NCBI GenBank assembly: GCA_050942955.1
Contig: JBMNOG010000005.1
Span: forward strand, 307 to 64,306
Reading direction: 5' to 3'
Length of the DNA stretch: 64,000 nt
Source of the DNA: Patescibacteria group bacterium
GTDB taxonomy: Bacteria > Patescibacteriota > Microgenomatia > UBA1400 > UBA1449
The notes beneath the pieces were generated by a model. It made no database searches. It saw only the letters and a program-made list of their open reading frames with translations, and was not told where the DNA came from. Made by a program: the position numbers and the translations under genes. Shown in pieces: positions 17,777-27,682 of the stretch; the stretch's first letter is position 1, and each line of letters begins with the position of its first letter.

Positions 17777-19696
17777 ATGGCAACAAACTCAAAAATCATC
17801 GGTATAGATTTGGGAACCACCAATTCGGCGGTGGCCATTATGGAAGGTGGTAAACCCAAAGTTATTCCTTCAGCTGAAGGTGGGAATGTGATTCCTTCAA
17901 TTGTTGAGCCAGAAAAAAATCTGGTGGGAGAAGTAGCAAAACGCCAGATGATTCTTAATCCGGAAAACACAGTTTACAGTGTTAAAAGATTAATGGGAAG
18001 AAAGATTAATGATGATGAAGTTAAGAAAATTCAAGATATGGTGCCCTACAAAATTGTTGAAGGGAAAAACGGCTCAGCTGCGATAAAAGTAAGTGGCAAA
18101 ACGTATACGCCCCAAGAAATTTCAGCCAAAATCTTGCAAAAGATTAAAGCTGATGCAGAGGCGTACTTGGGTGAAACAGTCGATAGAGCAGTAATTACTG
18201 TTCCGGCTTATTTTAACGACTCTCAGCGTCAAGCTACAAAACAGGCAGGCGAAATTGCTGGGCTTAAAGTTGAAAGAATTATCAACGAACCTACGGCTGC
18301 AGCTTTAGCCTATGGTAGTGAACAGCAGAAAAACGAGAAGATTGCCGTCTATGATCTCGGTGGCGGTACGTTTGATATCTCCATTCTGGAATTGGGTGAT
18401 AATGTCTATGAGGTAATTTCAACTAATGGTGATACCCATCTTGGTGGAGATGATTTCGACCAGGCGATCATAGACTGGATTGTGTCTGAGTTTAAGAAAG
18501 AAAATGGCATTGATCTAAAGCAAGACAAGCAGGCTCTGCAGAGAATTAAGGATGCTGCTGAAAAAGCCAAGAAAGAACTCAGTTCTTCCCAGGAGACAGA
18601 AATTAACCAGCCCTTTATTACCCAATCCAAAGAAGGCCAACCGCTTCATTTAACTATGAAGTTGACTCGATCCAAACTTGAACAACTCACTGATCATCTA
18701 ATTGAGAGAAGTATGGAAACAGTCAGAAAGGCTCTCAAAGATGCCAAACTGGAACCCAAAGACATTAATGAAGTGATTTTGGTTGGAGGACAAACCAGAA
18801 TGCCTAAAGTTCAGCAGGTTGTCAAAGACTTTTTTGGCAAAGAACCTAATAGATCTGTAAACCCTGATGAGGTTGTAGCTGTTGGGGCTGCTGTGCAGGC
18901 AGGAGTTTTAATGGGAGATGTTAAGGATGTTTTGCTTTTGGATGTCACACCGTTAACTCTGGGTATTGAAACCTTGGGTGGGGTGATGACTCCCATGATT
19001 GAGCGCAATACAACAGTCCCAACCTCAAAATCTCAGGTGTACTCCACAGCTGCCGATAACCAGACCCAAGTAGAAATTCACGTTCTCCAGGGGGAAAGGC
19101 CGATGGCAGTGGATAACAAGTCTTTAGGCAGATTTATTCTGGATGGTATTCCGCCAGCTCCAAGAGGGGTTCCTCAGATTGAAGTGACGTTTGAGCTGGA
19201 TGCAAATGGGATTCTTAACGTCACTGCTAAAGATAAAGCCACTAACAAAGAGCAAAAAATTACCATTAAAGGCTCGACTGAACTTACTGATGAGGAAGTT
19301 GAGAAGATGCGCAAAGAGGCAGAGTCTCATGCTGAAGAAGACCGGCTCAAGAAGGAAAGAGCAGAGGTGCGTAATCAGGCCGATACTCTCATCTTTACTG
19401 CAGAGAAAACGCTAAAAGATGCCGGAGATAAGGCTAAAGCAGAAGACAAAAAAGCGGTTGAGGAAGCCAAAGAAGACCTTAAAAAAGCAATTGAAAAAGA
19501 AGACTTTAACAAAGAAGATGTTGAAGCCAAATCAAAACTTCTTTCTGAGGCCTTGCAAAAAATCGGAGCTGCTATGTATCAATCTGAACAGCAGGCAGCC
19601 GGCGGTGCCCAGCCAGCAGGAGACAGCGAAGCTAAAAAAGAAGAGAAAAAAGAAGGTGAAGGTTCCGTGGAAGAGGGTGAAGTGGTGAATGAGTAA
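17777..19696 (+). CDS. dnaK: Chaperone DnaK (Hsp70)
   Basis: [21 protein letters not shown] and the full Hsp70 architecture. A GAGGAGG RBS sits 7 nt upstream. Confidence 0.97.
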   Translation: MATNSKIIGIDLGTTNSAVAIMEGGKPKVIPSAEGGNVIPSIVEPEKNLVGEVAKRQMILNPENTVYSVKRLMGRKINDDEVKKIQDMVPYKIVEGKNGSAAIKVSGKTYTPQEISAKILQKIKADAEAYLGETVDRAVITVPAYFNDSQRQATKQAGEIAGLKVERIINEPTAAALAYGSEQQKNEKIAVYDLGGGTFDISILELGDNVYEVISTNGDTHLGGDDFDQAIIDWIVSEFKKENGIDLKQDKQALQRIKDAAEKAKKELSSSQETEINQPFITQSKEGQPLHLTMKLTRSKLEQLTDHLIERSMETVRKALKDAKLEPKDINEVILVGGQTRMPKVQQVVKDFFGKEPNRSVNPDEVVAVGAAVQAGVLMGDVKDVLLLDVTPLTLGIETLGGVMTPMIERNTTVPTSKSQVYSTAADNQTQVEIHVLQGERPMAVDNKSLGRFILDGIPPAPRGVPQIEVTFELDANGILNVTAKDKATNKEQKITIKGSTELTDEEVEKMRKEAESHAEEDRLKKERAEVRNQADTLIFTAEKTLKDAGDKAKAEDKKAVEEAKEDLKKAIEKEDFNKEDVEAKSKLLSEALQKIGAAMYQSEQQAAGGAQPAGDSEAKKEEKKEGEGSVEEGEVVNE

Positions 19697-19720
19697 AAAT
19701 TGGCAATGTTATTATAGGAA

Positions 19721-19752
19721 ATGGGGGTTCGTCTGAACCCCCATATTTTTAC
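19721..19752 (+). terminator. Rho-independent terminator after dnaK
   Basis: Perfect 10-bp stem ATGGGGGTTC/GAACCCCCAT with a GTCT loop, followed by ATTTTTA. Confidence 0.55.
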
Positions 19753-19757
19753 CAAGG

Positions 19758-19785
19758 TTACTCCTAACTGAAAACATACTATAAT
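19758..19785 (+). promoter_or_regulatory. Candidate promoter for dnaJ: weak -35, TATAAT -10
   Basis: TATAAT at 19780-85. A weak -35, TTACTC, lies 16 bp upstream. The element sits between the dnaK terminator and dnaJ. Confidence 0.3.
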
Positions 19786-19823
19786 TAATCTGACATATAA
19801 CAAGAAAAACACAGTATCAATTT

Positions 19824-20672
19824 ATGACTACAAAACGAGATTTTTACGAAGTTTTAGGGGTTCAAAAAACCGCGACACAGGATGAAATAAAGAGAGCCTA
19901 CCGCAAGTTAGCTCTCCAGTACCATCCTGATAAAAACAAAGCCGCTGATGCAGCCGATAAGTTCAAAGAGGTCAATGAGGCGTATGAGGTGTTGTCAGAC
20001 TCCAAGAAACGTCAACAGTATGACCAGTTCGGCCATGCCGCTTTTGACCCGGCTTCAGGTTTTGGCGGTTTCCAGGGTGGACGAACCTATCGTTCCGGGC
20101 CGTTTACCTACACGTACTCATCTAACTTTGGTGAAGGTTTTGATTTTGGCGGTTTTTCTGACCCGTTTGAAATCTTTGAACAGTTTTTTGGGGGGGGCTT
20201 TAGGAGAGCGCAGGCAAAACCACGTTACTCTTTGAAAATTGACTTTATGGAGTCAGTAAGAGGGACGGAGAGGAAAATTGTCCACCAGGGTAAAGAGCAT
20301 ACCATAAAAATTCCGGCCGGAGTGGATGACGGCACGAGAATTAGATTTGATGAGTTTGATGTTACTATTGATGTCCTGCCTCACAAAGAGTTTAAAAGAG
20401 AGGGGTACGATATCTTTATTGACCATGAAATTCCGTTTACCCTGGCGGCTTTAGGAGGGACCACAGAAGTGCCTACCCTTGACGGCAGTTTGAAAGTAAA
20501 AGTTAGGCCAGGTACACAGTCCGGAACGATGATGCGCTTAAGGGGTAAAGGAGTGCCGTACTTAAGAAGAAGTGGAGCAGGAGATGAATATATCAGGCTC
20601 ATTGTTGATGTTCCTCAACGTTTGAGCCGCGAACAAAAAAGGATACTCGAAGAGTTTCAAAAAACATTGTAA
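19824..20672 (+). CDS. dnaJ: DnaJ-family co-chaperone of CbpA type (J domain plus G/F region plus C-terminal domains, no Cys-rich zinc finger)
   Basis: J domain DFYEVLGV...[17 protein letters not shown]-rich linker. The CxxCxGxG repeats are absent. Confidence 0.8.
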   Translation: MTTKRDFYEVLGVQKTATQDEIKRAYRKLALQYHPDKNKAADAADKFKEVNEAYEVLSDSKKRQQYDQFGHAAFDPASGFGGFQGGRTYRSGPFTYTYSSNFGEGFDFGGFSDPFEIFEQFFGGGFRRAQAKPRYSLKIDFMESVRGTERKIVHQGKEHTIKIPAGVDDGTRIRFDEFDVTIDVLPHKEFKREGYDIFIDHEIPFTLAALGGTTEVPTLDGSLKVKVRPGTQSGTMMRLRGKGVPYLRRSGAGDEYIRLIVDVPQRLSREQKRILEEFQKTL

Positions 20673-20687
20673 AGTAAGATAATTTCT

Positions 20688-22139
20688 ATGGAATCAACAC
20701 CGTTAGTAGTCCGAAGCCGTATTGCTCCTTCTCCAACAGGCTATCCTCACATTGGCACGATCTATCAAGCTTGGCTCAACTACAGTTATGCAAGAAAAAC
20801 TTGCGGAGCTTTTTTAGTTCGTATTGAGGACACCGACCGGACCCGTTTTGTTGAGGATGCCGAAGAAAAACTGTTTGAAGCTTTGGATTGGTTCAGAATT
20901 TCTGAGCAGGAAAGCCCGAGAAAAGGCGGAGATTATGGTCCGTATAGGCAATCTGAACGTCTTTCTATTTACCACAAATACATAGATGAACTGCTTGCAA
21001 AAGGGTACGTTTATCCTTGTTTTTGCAGCCAGGAGCGTTTAGCGGAGGTAAGAAAAGAGATACAGAAAAAAGGGTTGCCGCCAATGTACGACAAACACTG
21101 CCGCAACCTTTCTCCGGAGGAAGTGAAGGAGAGGATAGCCAAAGGTGAAAAATACGTTGTCCGCCTTAAAGTTCCTGAGAACGAAACAATTATCATGAAT
21201 GACTTGATTAGAGGTGAGATTAAGTTTGACAGTAACGGTGTTGACGATCAGATTCTTATTAAATCTGACGGCTTTCCTACTTACCACTTTGCGGTGGTGG
21301 TTGATGATCACCTCATGGAAATTACCCACGTGGTTAGGGGTGAGGAGTGGCTGCCATCAAGCCCCAAGCACATTCTGTTGTACCGGATGTTTGGCTGGGA
21401 TATACCGGTATTTGTTCATACACCGACGCTGCGAAATCCTGACAAAAGCAAGCTATCTAAGCGCCAGGGGCATACAAATGTTGTCTGGTACAAAGAACAG
21501 GGATTTTTACCTGAAGCGGTTCTAAACTTTCTGAGTTTACTCGGCTGGACTCACCCTGAGGAAAAGGAAATTTTTGATAGGGATGAGTTTATTAAGCTAT
21601 TTGACTTTAAAGACCTGTCCCCAGCCGGTCCGGTATTTAATGAAGAGAAACTCAGGTGGATGAATGGCAAGTATATTAGGGAAAAACTAGGCGATGAGGA
21701 GATTTTTAAAAGAGTAAAGCCATATTTGAAACTGGAAGTATCGGATGAAACTCTGAAGGCTGCTATTCCTCTTATTAAAGAACGGATGGAAGTGTTTTTG
21801 GATGTTAACCACCTGCTCAAGTTTTTAGAGCCAAATATTGAGATAGATGTTGCGGAAATTAAAAAACAAAGTAAAAAAGAAGATTTGGAAATCAAGAAAC
21901 TGCTTACAGACCTAAGAGCCGGCTTAGCCTCTCAAGCAGAGTGGACTACACCCGCTCTTGAGCAAATGGTCAGGGGACTTAAAGCTTCGTATGAAGACTG
22001 GAAAGGCAAAGAATATTTTATGACCATCAGGGTAGCTACAACTGCATTCCCTGTTACTCCGCCTCTGTTTGAGTCAATGGAGATTTTGGGGAGAAATCTT
22101 GTTCTCAAAAGGTTAAACGAGGTGATCGAGAAGTTATAG
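20688..22139 (+). CDS. gltX: Glutamate--tRNA ligase
   Basis: HIGH-class motif APSPTGYPHIGT and KMSKS-class motif KLSKRQG. Ends with TAG. Confidence 0.9.
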   Translation: MESTPLVVRSRIAPSPTGYPHIGTIYQAWLNYSYARKTCGAFLVRIEDTDRTRFVEDAEEKLFEALDWFRISEQESPRKGGDYGPYRQSERLSIYHKYIDELLAKGYVYPCFCSQERLAEVRKEIQKKGLPPMYDKHCRNLSPEEVKERIAKGEKYVVRLKVPENETIIMNDLIRGEIKFDSNGVDDQILIKSDGFPTYHFAVVVDDHLMEITHVVRGEEWLPSSPKHILLYRMFGWDIPVFVHTPTLRNPDKSKLSKRQGHTNVVWYKEQGFLPEAVLNFLSLLGWTHPEEKEIFDRDEFIKLFDFKDLSPAGPVFNEEKLRWMNGKYIREKLGDEEIFKRVKPYLKLEVSDETLKAAIPLIKERMEVFLDVNHLLKFLEPNIEIDVAEIKKQSKKEDLEIKKLLTDLRAGLASQAEWTTPALEQMVRGLKASYEDWKGKEYFMTIRVATTAFPVTPPLFESMEILGRNLVLKRLNEVIEKL

Positions 22140-22290
22140 GTGATACTTTGATCCATTTTCTCCTTTTAGCTATCTTACTGACAGATTAAAAAAGGTGGTT
22201 TCTTATATCTTGAATAGACTAACTGCGTTCAATGGGGATTTTTTAGGATTGCTTTAACCCTAAATGTAGAGCTCATCACCTATTAGACCT

Positions 22291-22317
22291 TTGTTTCAGG
22301 CAATAATTTGGTAAAAT
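22291..22317 (+). promoter_or_regulatory. Candidate extended -10 promoter for tRNA-Gln
   Basis: TGgTAAAAT at 22309-22317, with TTGTTT at 22291-96 ~15 bp upstream. The tRNA 5' end lies 18 nt downstream. Confidence 0.3.
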
Positions 22318-22334
22318 ATACAAATATTCTCCAT

Positions 22335-22407
22335 TGCGGGATCGTCTAACGGTAGGACATGCGACTCTGAATCGCAGAATCTTGGTTCGAATCCAGGTCC
22401 CGCAGCC
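22335..22407 (+). tRNA. tRNA-Gln (anticodon CUG)
   Basis: Folded by hand. Acceptor stem TGCGGGA/TCCCGCA. 4-bp D stem. Anticodon stem TGCGA/TCGCA with loop CTCTGAA, giving anticodon CTG flanked by U33 and A37. T arm CTTGG-TTCGAAT-CCAGG. Discriminator G followed by CC. Confidence 0.8.
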
Positions 22408-22607
22408 CTAGCCTCAATCCAATATTAATTTTCCAACTTTAGCTTTTTTTAATAAAGAAAACTTCTAACACTGCTGTTGCTACTATTTCACAATTACTTC
22501 TTCCTACCTTACAGACCTCTTGCCAATCCTTAATAGACCTCTCAACCTTCTATCTTAGGGTAGGGAGTGTAGATTATTGAGCAGTTAAAGAAAGGTGGTG
22601 AAACAAC

Positions 22608-23162
22608 ATGGCAAATGGATATTGGGGAGGTCGTGGTGGAGGCTACTATGATCCATACTACGGAGGAGGATATGGCGGCTATGGGGGATATGGTGGTTAC
22701 TATGATCCCTATTATGGTGGCGGTTACTGGGGCGGTCCGTACTACGGTGGTTACGGAGGTGGCTATGGCGGCTGGGGTGGAGGAGGTTACTATGAACCTT
22801 ACACTTATAGCGGTTACTACTCAAGACCATACTGGGAAGGACCTTGGACTGGAGGCAGATACTACGACTACAATGCCAACTACATTCTAGAAGATGATGA
22901 GATAGCGGATTTAGTGAGAGACAATATTGATCTAGACCCATACATCTCACGTTCTGATAAAGATAAAATTGAAGTAGAAGTCAAAGACGGCACTGTCCAT
23001 CTTTCTGGTAATGTCCGTGACAGGCGCAGTAAGCCTCTGGCATACGCAGACGCGTTCTGGACAGATGGGGTGGTGGATGTAGAAAGCGAGATCAAAGTCC
23101 AGCAGAGGGAAGAAAAAGAAGGCAAGGAGCGGAAAAGTGGTAGGGGCAGGGGTAGATCGTAA
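22608..23162 (+). CDS. Gly/Tyr-rich low-complexity protein with a C-terminal BON (OsmY-like) domain
   Basis: The N-terminal ~80 aa consist of GGYGGY/YYDPYYGGGY repeats. The C-terminus (DNIDLDPYISRSDKDKIEVEVKDGTVHLSGNVRDRRSKPLAYADAFWTDGVVDVESEI) fits the BON-domain pattern. Confidence 0.6.
   Translation: MANGYWGGRGGGYYDPYYGGGYGGYGGYGGYYDPYYGGGYWGGPYYGGYGGGYGGWGGGGYYEPYTYSGYYSRPYWEGPWTGGRYYDYNANYILEDDEIADLVRDNIDLDPYISRSDKDKIEVEVKDGTVHLSGNVRDRRSKPLAYADAFWTDGVVDVESEIKVQQREEKEGKERKSGRGRGRS
22620..22830 (+). repeat. Low-complexity GGY/TAY-GGT codon repeat (encodes the Gly/Tyr-rich segment)
   Basis: Reiterated GGTGGTTAC/GGAGGCTAT units. They generate long spurious ORFs in the other frames and on the opposite strand. 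Confidence 0.6.
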
Positions 23163-23335
23163 GCTTTCTCATGCAATAGAGATTTATGGCAGCACTTGGT
23201 GTTTGAATTTAAGGTGTTGCATGCTGATTTTTGCCTACTTAGCTTATTAAAGTTATCTTACCCGTTTCTTACATAAAACTTACTGTGCTCTATGGAATAG
23301 ACTCTACCATAAAGGCTGAAAGGAGGTTCTGATGT

Positions 23336-23869
23336 ATGGCACAAAATAAACCGCAAACCAAAAAAGAAGAGCTTATAAGAGAAGTGAAGGGCGATCTAAT
23401 TGATCCGACACAGAATGCCCAGGAATTTGTCGTAGATACCCAAGGATTTACAGGGGTAACTGTTAGCAATCAGGGCGATGACATTACCCAGACCGATATT
23501 TTTGGAAAGCTGAATGAGCCAAGTGTGCGGGAAGGGATGTCAGATGCCCAAAGGGACATTAACAGGTATAAAAGTTTAGATCCTGAAGAAGACAGGAAGA
23601 ATAATGATACAGTACCGAAAAATCTTGCTAAACCTCCAGAGTTAGATATTAGAGGTACAGGGAATGATACTCTCAATGAAGCTACGCCGCCCTCTGTAGA
23701 AGGAGAGCAGTCTGTAAGTGGAGATATGCCTGATCCGGCCTCAGATGACGATACTCTGGAGAATGCGCAGAATATGGGTTTTAAGCTAGATGAAGACACC
23801 GAACATCCAAAACCTCTAGATACGGCAGGTGATATCGATAGGGCTGAAGAATATCACCGGAGAAAGTAA
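23336..23869 (+). CDS. Acidic, intrinsically disordered hydrophilic protein (hypothetical)
   Basis: 177 aa, rich in D, E, T, N, Q and P, with no hydrophobic core. A GGAGG RBS lies upstream. The stop overlaps the next start (ATGG / TAATG). Confidence 0.4.
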   Translation: MAQNKPQTKKEELIREVKGDLIDPTQNAQEFVVDTQGFTGVTVSNQGDDITQTDIFGKLNEPSVREGMSDAQRDINRYKSLDPEEDRKNNDTVPKNLAKPPELDIRGTGNDTLNEATPPSVEGEQSVSGDMPDPASDDDTLENAQNMGFKLDEDTEHPKPLDTAGDIDRAEEYHRRK

Positions 23870-24192
23870 TGGCAAGAAGTACTAAGGTCACTACTGACCA
23901 TACTGAAATTAGAGCTTGGGTAGAAAAGTATCAAGGTCGGCCAGCTCTTATTACTCTTCCAACTTCTGAAAGTGACGATATTGCTCTTAGAATTGATTTT
24001 CCTGGCAGCCAAGATGAAGAGCTTCTAAGTAAAACCAAGCCTTCAAAGCCAATATCTTGGGAGGATTTTTTTAAGGTGTTTGAAGAAAGCAACCTGGCGT
24101 TTGTGTATGACCAGAGACCGCAGTTTGACAACCCCACTTTAGCCTACAGATTCATCTACCGTTCAGGGCAAAATACCCCTCCTGAAATCTAG
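23869..24192 (+). CDS. Hypothetical small protein
   Basis: 107 aa, translationally coupled to the upstream gene. No recognised motif. Confidence 0.35.
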   Translation: MARSTKVTTDHTEIRAWVEKYQGRPALITLPTSESDDIALRIDFPGSQDEELLSKTKPSKPISWEDFFKVFEESNLAFVYDQRPQFDNPTLAYRFIYRSGQNTPPEI

Positions 24193-24202
24193 TTTCTCCT
24201 CA

Positions 24203-24916
24203 TTGGTTCACAACTGCTGTAAGAATACGCTATCATGGGTAATAGTAGATATACTTACCTTATCCATGTTGGACTTTAGTGAATTTAAGGGATTGAAAAA
24301 TGCAGTAGAGCTAAAGTCTGCCCTTCAGCAGGCCAGTAACCGCAGTACTCCTACAGCTCAGAGAGAACAAAGAACGGCAGCTGAAATGCTGGGTTTAAAC
24401 CCAATGTCACTTGGCTCTTCTACTTTTCCTGTTTTTAATGCTCAGGGAGAGGTTTTTGCCGGCTCAGATATTGGAAAAAATGATTATGCTTTGCAAGTAA
24501 AGGGAAGCATCAAAGAAGGTGAACTGATTGAGTTTGAAAGTGAGTCTGGTGATTCGAAATACGGAGTAGTTATTGAGCCTCCCTTTTTATTCAATAAACA
24601 AGGTGTGTATGTAAGAGATATTTCTAAAGACGAGTTTACCAGTATTCTTTCAAAAAAAAAGGCAAATGTAGTTAAAATCAGTGAAAGTTCACTTAAGAAA
24701 GTAAAGCAACCAGTGAAATGGGGGACTACTGATTCTGTTCAGGGATTTATTTTAAGTCTTTTTAAAGAAACTTTTAAGAACATGAAACAGTTATCAAAGA
24801 TAATTGGTGAATACTGGTTGCTGTTCTACCTTCTTATACTTATCACGTTTTTAATACTAAGTATTCTCACCTTGTCAGAAGGCAGCCTGTTGGCCTTTTT
24901 CAGGTTATTTGAATAA
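24203..24916 (+). CDS. Hypothetical protein with a C-terminal TM anchor (true start may be the internal Met of MLDFSEF)
   Basis: C-terminal hydrophobic segment LLFYLLILITFLILSILTL. The N-terminal 20 aa are Cys- and Trp-rich and atypical. Confidence 0.35.
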   Translation: MVHNCCKNTLSWVIVDILTLSMLDFSEFKGLKNAVELKSALQQASNRSTPTAQREQRTAAEMLGLNPMSLGSSTFPVFNAQGEVFAGSDIGKNDYALQVKGSIKEGELIEFESESGDSKYGVVIEPPFLFNKQGVYVRDISKDEFTSILSKKKANVVKISESSLKKVKQPVKWGTTDSVQGFILSLFKETFKNMKQLSKIIGEYWLLFYLLILITFLILSILTLSEGSLLAFFRLFE

Positions 24917-24965
24917 GTAAAGTTTTAGGTGTACTATCCCACCTGTATTTGCTAACTTAGATACT

Positions 24966-25802
24966 ATGGAGCAGCCTTATCACAAATCAATTTTTGGCCC
25001 GATTTCCTATAGTCCCCGCAAAGACCTTTTGCTATTTATCTACTTAATACTCATTGTCTTAGCTACAGTAGCCTTTTTCAAGTATTGGGTGGCGCTAAGT
25101 TTTAATGCCATTATGTTTGGTTACTTTATCTTCCGTGAGATGAGATGGGCTACAGTAATTTTTGCTGTTATTATCAGAGCAATTTTATACCCTCTGGGAA
25201 GGTTGCGAAAAAGATTTGAGAAGAAAGTTGATGTAGCTCAGGATGATCTAGACACTAATGTAAAATCAGTGAAACACCCCTTGCTTAAGGATAAAGCTAA
25301 AAGGTCGTGGTTAGCAAAGTATCGTTCAGTATTGGTTTTTGAGTGGTTTTGTTTTTGTTTTTACACCATGAATGCTTTGTCGGTTGGATACATTTTCTTA
25401 AAACCCTTTACTGAGGAACGTGTTAAAAGTGAACTTTTCACTCAATATTTACTGCCAAAATTTCCTCTTAATACCACTGGCTGGATTCCGCTTGTGGGTA
25501 TGGTTGACTTAACGGAAGTTAATATGCCATTAAATCTTATCTCAGCTATTGGAGCTGGTTTAGTAGGATTAGTTGAAGTTATTTTGCACAAAAAAACCAC
25601 AAGAAAACAACTATTTATGTATCTAATTATGTTCCCGCTTGGGGCTTACTTTATCACTATGTGGGTGCCAGCCGGTTTCGAGTTTACGCTTGTAGTTTTT
25701 GAGGCCTTAACAATCCTCATTGTTTTTGCTGAAAAAATTGCTGAGTTTGGAAAAGGAGTCACCAAGAAAGTTTCTCCGAACGCAGAGGCAGCTCAAACAT
25801 AG
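24966..25802 (+). CDS. Polytopic membrane protein (hypothetical)
   Basis: 278 aa with ~6 TM helices. Confidence 0.4.
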   Translation: MEQPYHKSIFGPISYSPRKDLLLFIYLILIVLATVAFFKYWVALSFNAIMFGYFIFREMRWATVIFAVIIRAILYPLGRLRKRFEKKVDVAQDDLDTNVKSVKHPLLKDKAKRSWLAKYRSVLVFEWFCFCFYTMNALSVGYIFLKPFTEERVKSELFTQYLLPKFPLNTTGWIPLVGMVDLTEVNMPLNLISAIGAGLVGLVEVILHKKTTRKQLFMYLIMFPLGAYFITMWVPAGFEFTLVVFEALTILIVFAEKIAEFGKGVTKKVSPNAEAAQT

Positions 25803-25814
25803 TACAATACATAT

Positions 25815-26393
25815 ATGGCTTTTGAAGATCTTGTTGTCACTCTATTAGTTGATGAAGTGGTAGGGGGGTTTTTTATATCCGTGCCGCCTGGACATATCGC
25901 CTGTATTCATGACTTGGGAGTGGGAGTTTTGCCAAAAGTCTATGGTCCCGGTCTTCACTTCAAAATTCCTTTCTGGCAAACAGCCAAACTTTTTAATGCT
26001 CAGACTCTTGAATACACCATTTCTGAAGAGTTTGATCCCTCTCATCCAGAAAGCTTGGGTGATAAGCCGATTGAAGTTACGACACAGGATGGTGTGCCTT
26101 TGCAGGTAAAAGGAACAATTCTCTTTAAACTTAACAAGGCAGAGGCACCGATGCTTTGGGAAAATGTCGGAGACCATTTTGTGCCCAAGGTAGTTAGACC
26201 TTTTACTCGAAACCAGATTTCTTCTGTCTTTTCAAGAGTAACTATAGATCAGATTGCTGCCTACAGGCATCAAATAGAGCACGAGATTTACGAAAGACTT
26301 GGTAATCAACTTAAAGATAAAGGTCTAATTCTTGAAAAAGTTTTACTTTCAGAGATCAAAAGAATAGAGCATAAAGAAGAAGCAGGTAACTAG
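25815..26393 (+). CDS. SPFH/Band-7 (prohibitin/HflK-like) domain protein
   Basis: PGLHFKIPFWQTAKLFNAQTLEY...TQDGVPLQVKGTILFKL is the SPFH core pattern. Confidence 0.6.
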   Translation: MAFEDLVVTLLVDEVVGGFFISVPPGHIACIHDLGVGVLPKVYGPGLHFKIPFWQTAKLFNAQTLEYTISEEFDPSHPESLGDKPIEVTTQDGVPLQVKGTILFKLNKAEAPMLWENVGDHFVPKVVRPFTRNQISSVFSRVTIDQIAAYRHQIEHEIYERLGNQLKDKGLILEKVLLSEIKRIEHKEEAGN

Positions 26394-26487
26394 TCTTACT
26401 CTAGAAGAAACCTCCGTTTTAGCTTATAGTTAGTAACGTTAATAACACCAGTGATGCTCAGGAGTTTGAATTGTTCCTATTTAACTG

Positions 26488-27210
26488 TTGGGCAGCCGGA
26501 TTATGCGTATGAAGATTTTCGAAGATTTACTTAACGTACTGCTTTCTTTTGCTAACAAAGTTCCTATAGAGCTCTACGCTATTATCGGGCCTTTTGCTGA
26601 AGAAATTGTCTCGCCGATTCCCTCACCCTTTGTAATGGCCTCAGCAGGATCAATTGCTGCTGCTCAGAATAAAGCTTTGATTTACTTAGCTTGGCTAGCT
26701 TTACTGGGGGCATTTGGTAAAACGATTGCCTCTTGGATACTTTATTTTGCCGCTGATAAAGCAGAAGATGTTGTTGTTGGCAGGTTTGGTAAGTTCATCG
26801 GTATTTCCCATAAAGAAGTTGAAGATTTGGGTAGGCACTTCAATGGCGGTTGGCGGGATAATGTGATTATCTTTTTTGCCCGTTTTATTCCGATTATTCC
26901 CAGCTCTCCGATTTCGGTTGTATGTGGGGCTATTAAGATTAACGTCTGGACATTTATTTCTTCAACATTTTTAGGAACCATTTTTAGAAACATGTTTTAC
27001 CTTTATTTCGGGTATGCCGGTCTTAATGCTTATGAATCCACTCTAAAAGGGCTCGATAGCGCTGAGTCGGTGGTACAGATTGTTATGGTAGTTGCAGTTG
27101 CAGTGGTTTTAGTTTGGCTTTACTATAAGCGCAGCAAGGGGGCAGGCTTTAAGAGTCTTGAGAAACTGGCTTCAAAAAAGGTAAAAAAAAATAGTCAAGT
27201 TGACAAATAA
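26488..27210 (+). CDS. DedA/TVP38 family membrane protein
   Basis: ELYAIIGPFAEEIVSPIPSPFVMASAG resembles the DedA signature. Multi-TM. Confidence 0.6.
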   Translation: MGSRIMRMKIFEDLLNVLLSFANKVPIELYAIIGPFAEEIVSPIPSPFVMASAGSIAAAQNKALIYLAWLALLGAFGKTIASWILYFAADKAEDVVVGRFGKFIGISHKEVEDLGRHFNGGWRDNVIIFFARFIPIIPSSPISVVCGAIKINVWTFISSTFLGTIFRNMFYLYFGYAGLNAYESTLKGLDSAESVVQIVMVVAVAVVLVWLYYKRSKGAGFKSLEKLASKKVKKNSQVDK

Positions 27211-27218
27211 CTGCATGT

Positions 27219-27656
27219 ATGAATAAAGACCTAAAAGTTAAGGCTGTATATCCGTACGAAAGGAAAGAGGATTATAAGTTACCTCTTTACACCACCAAGG
27301 TTCCTGCCGGGTTTCCTTCTCCGGCTGATGACTATATCGAAAGTAAATTGGACCTAAACAAATTTCTGGTAAAACATCCTAGCGCTACGTTTTTTGTGAG
27401 AGTTGAAGGGGAGTCCATGAAGGACGCCGGTATTTACCCCAACGATATTCTGATTGTGGATAGAGCCGTAGAGCCTAAAGCCAACCACGTGGTTATTGCT
27501 GCTGTTAATGGAGAGCTGACAGTGAAAAGGATTTATGTTTCCCGAAAGAAGTTGTTCCTTATCCCCCAAAATCCCCAGTACAAACCTATGGAAATAACAA
27601 AGGATATGGATTTTGAGATTTGGGGGGTTGTTACTCACGTTCTTCACAAAGTCTAA
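27219..27656 (+). CDS. umuD: UmuD-like S24 peptidase (translesion polymerase accessory subunit)
   Basis: VPAGFPSPADDY...VRVEGESMKDAGIYPNDILIVDR...VIAAVNGELTVKRIY carries the Ser/Lys dyad context of UmuD/LexA C-terminal domains. Confidence 0.75.
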   Translation: MNKDLKVKAVYPYERKEDYKLPLYTTKVPAGFPSPADDYIESKLDLNKFLVKHPSATFFVRVEGESMKDAGIYPNDILIVDRAVEPKANHVVIAAVNGELTVKRIYVSRKKLFLIPQNPQYKPMEITKDMDFEIWGVVTHVLHKV

Positions 27657-27682
27657 ATTTTTCTTGGGTATAGTGGGAGGTA

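Noticed and set aside
17698-19812. Several 60-95-aa ORFs inside or antisense to dnaK and dnaJ
   Set aside because: They lie fully within highly conserved chaperone coding sequence and are spurious.
22585-22950. ORFs 22585-22950 (-) and 22615-22890 (+) overlapping the Gly/Tyr-rich gene
   Set aside because: They are frame artefacts of the GGY codon repeat. Their products are His/Arg/Ser- or Val/Thr/Met-rich and have no start context. The BON-domain frame is the coherent one.
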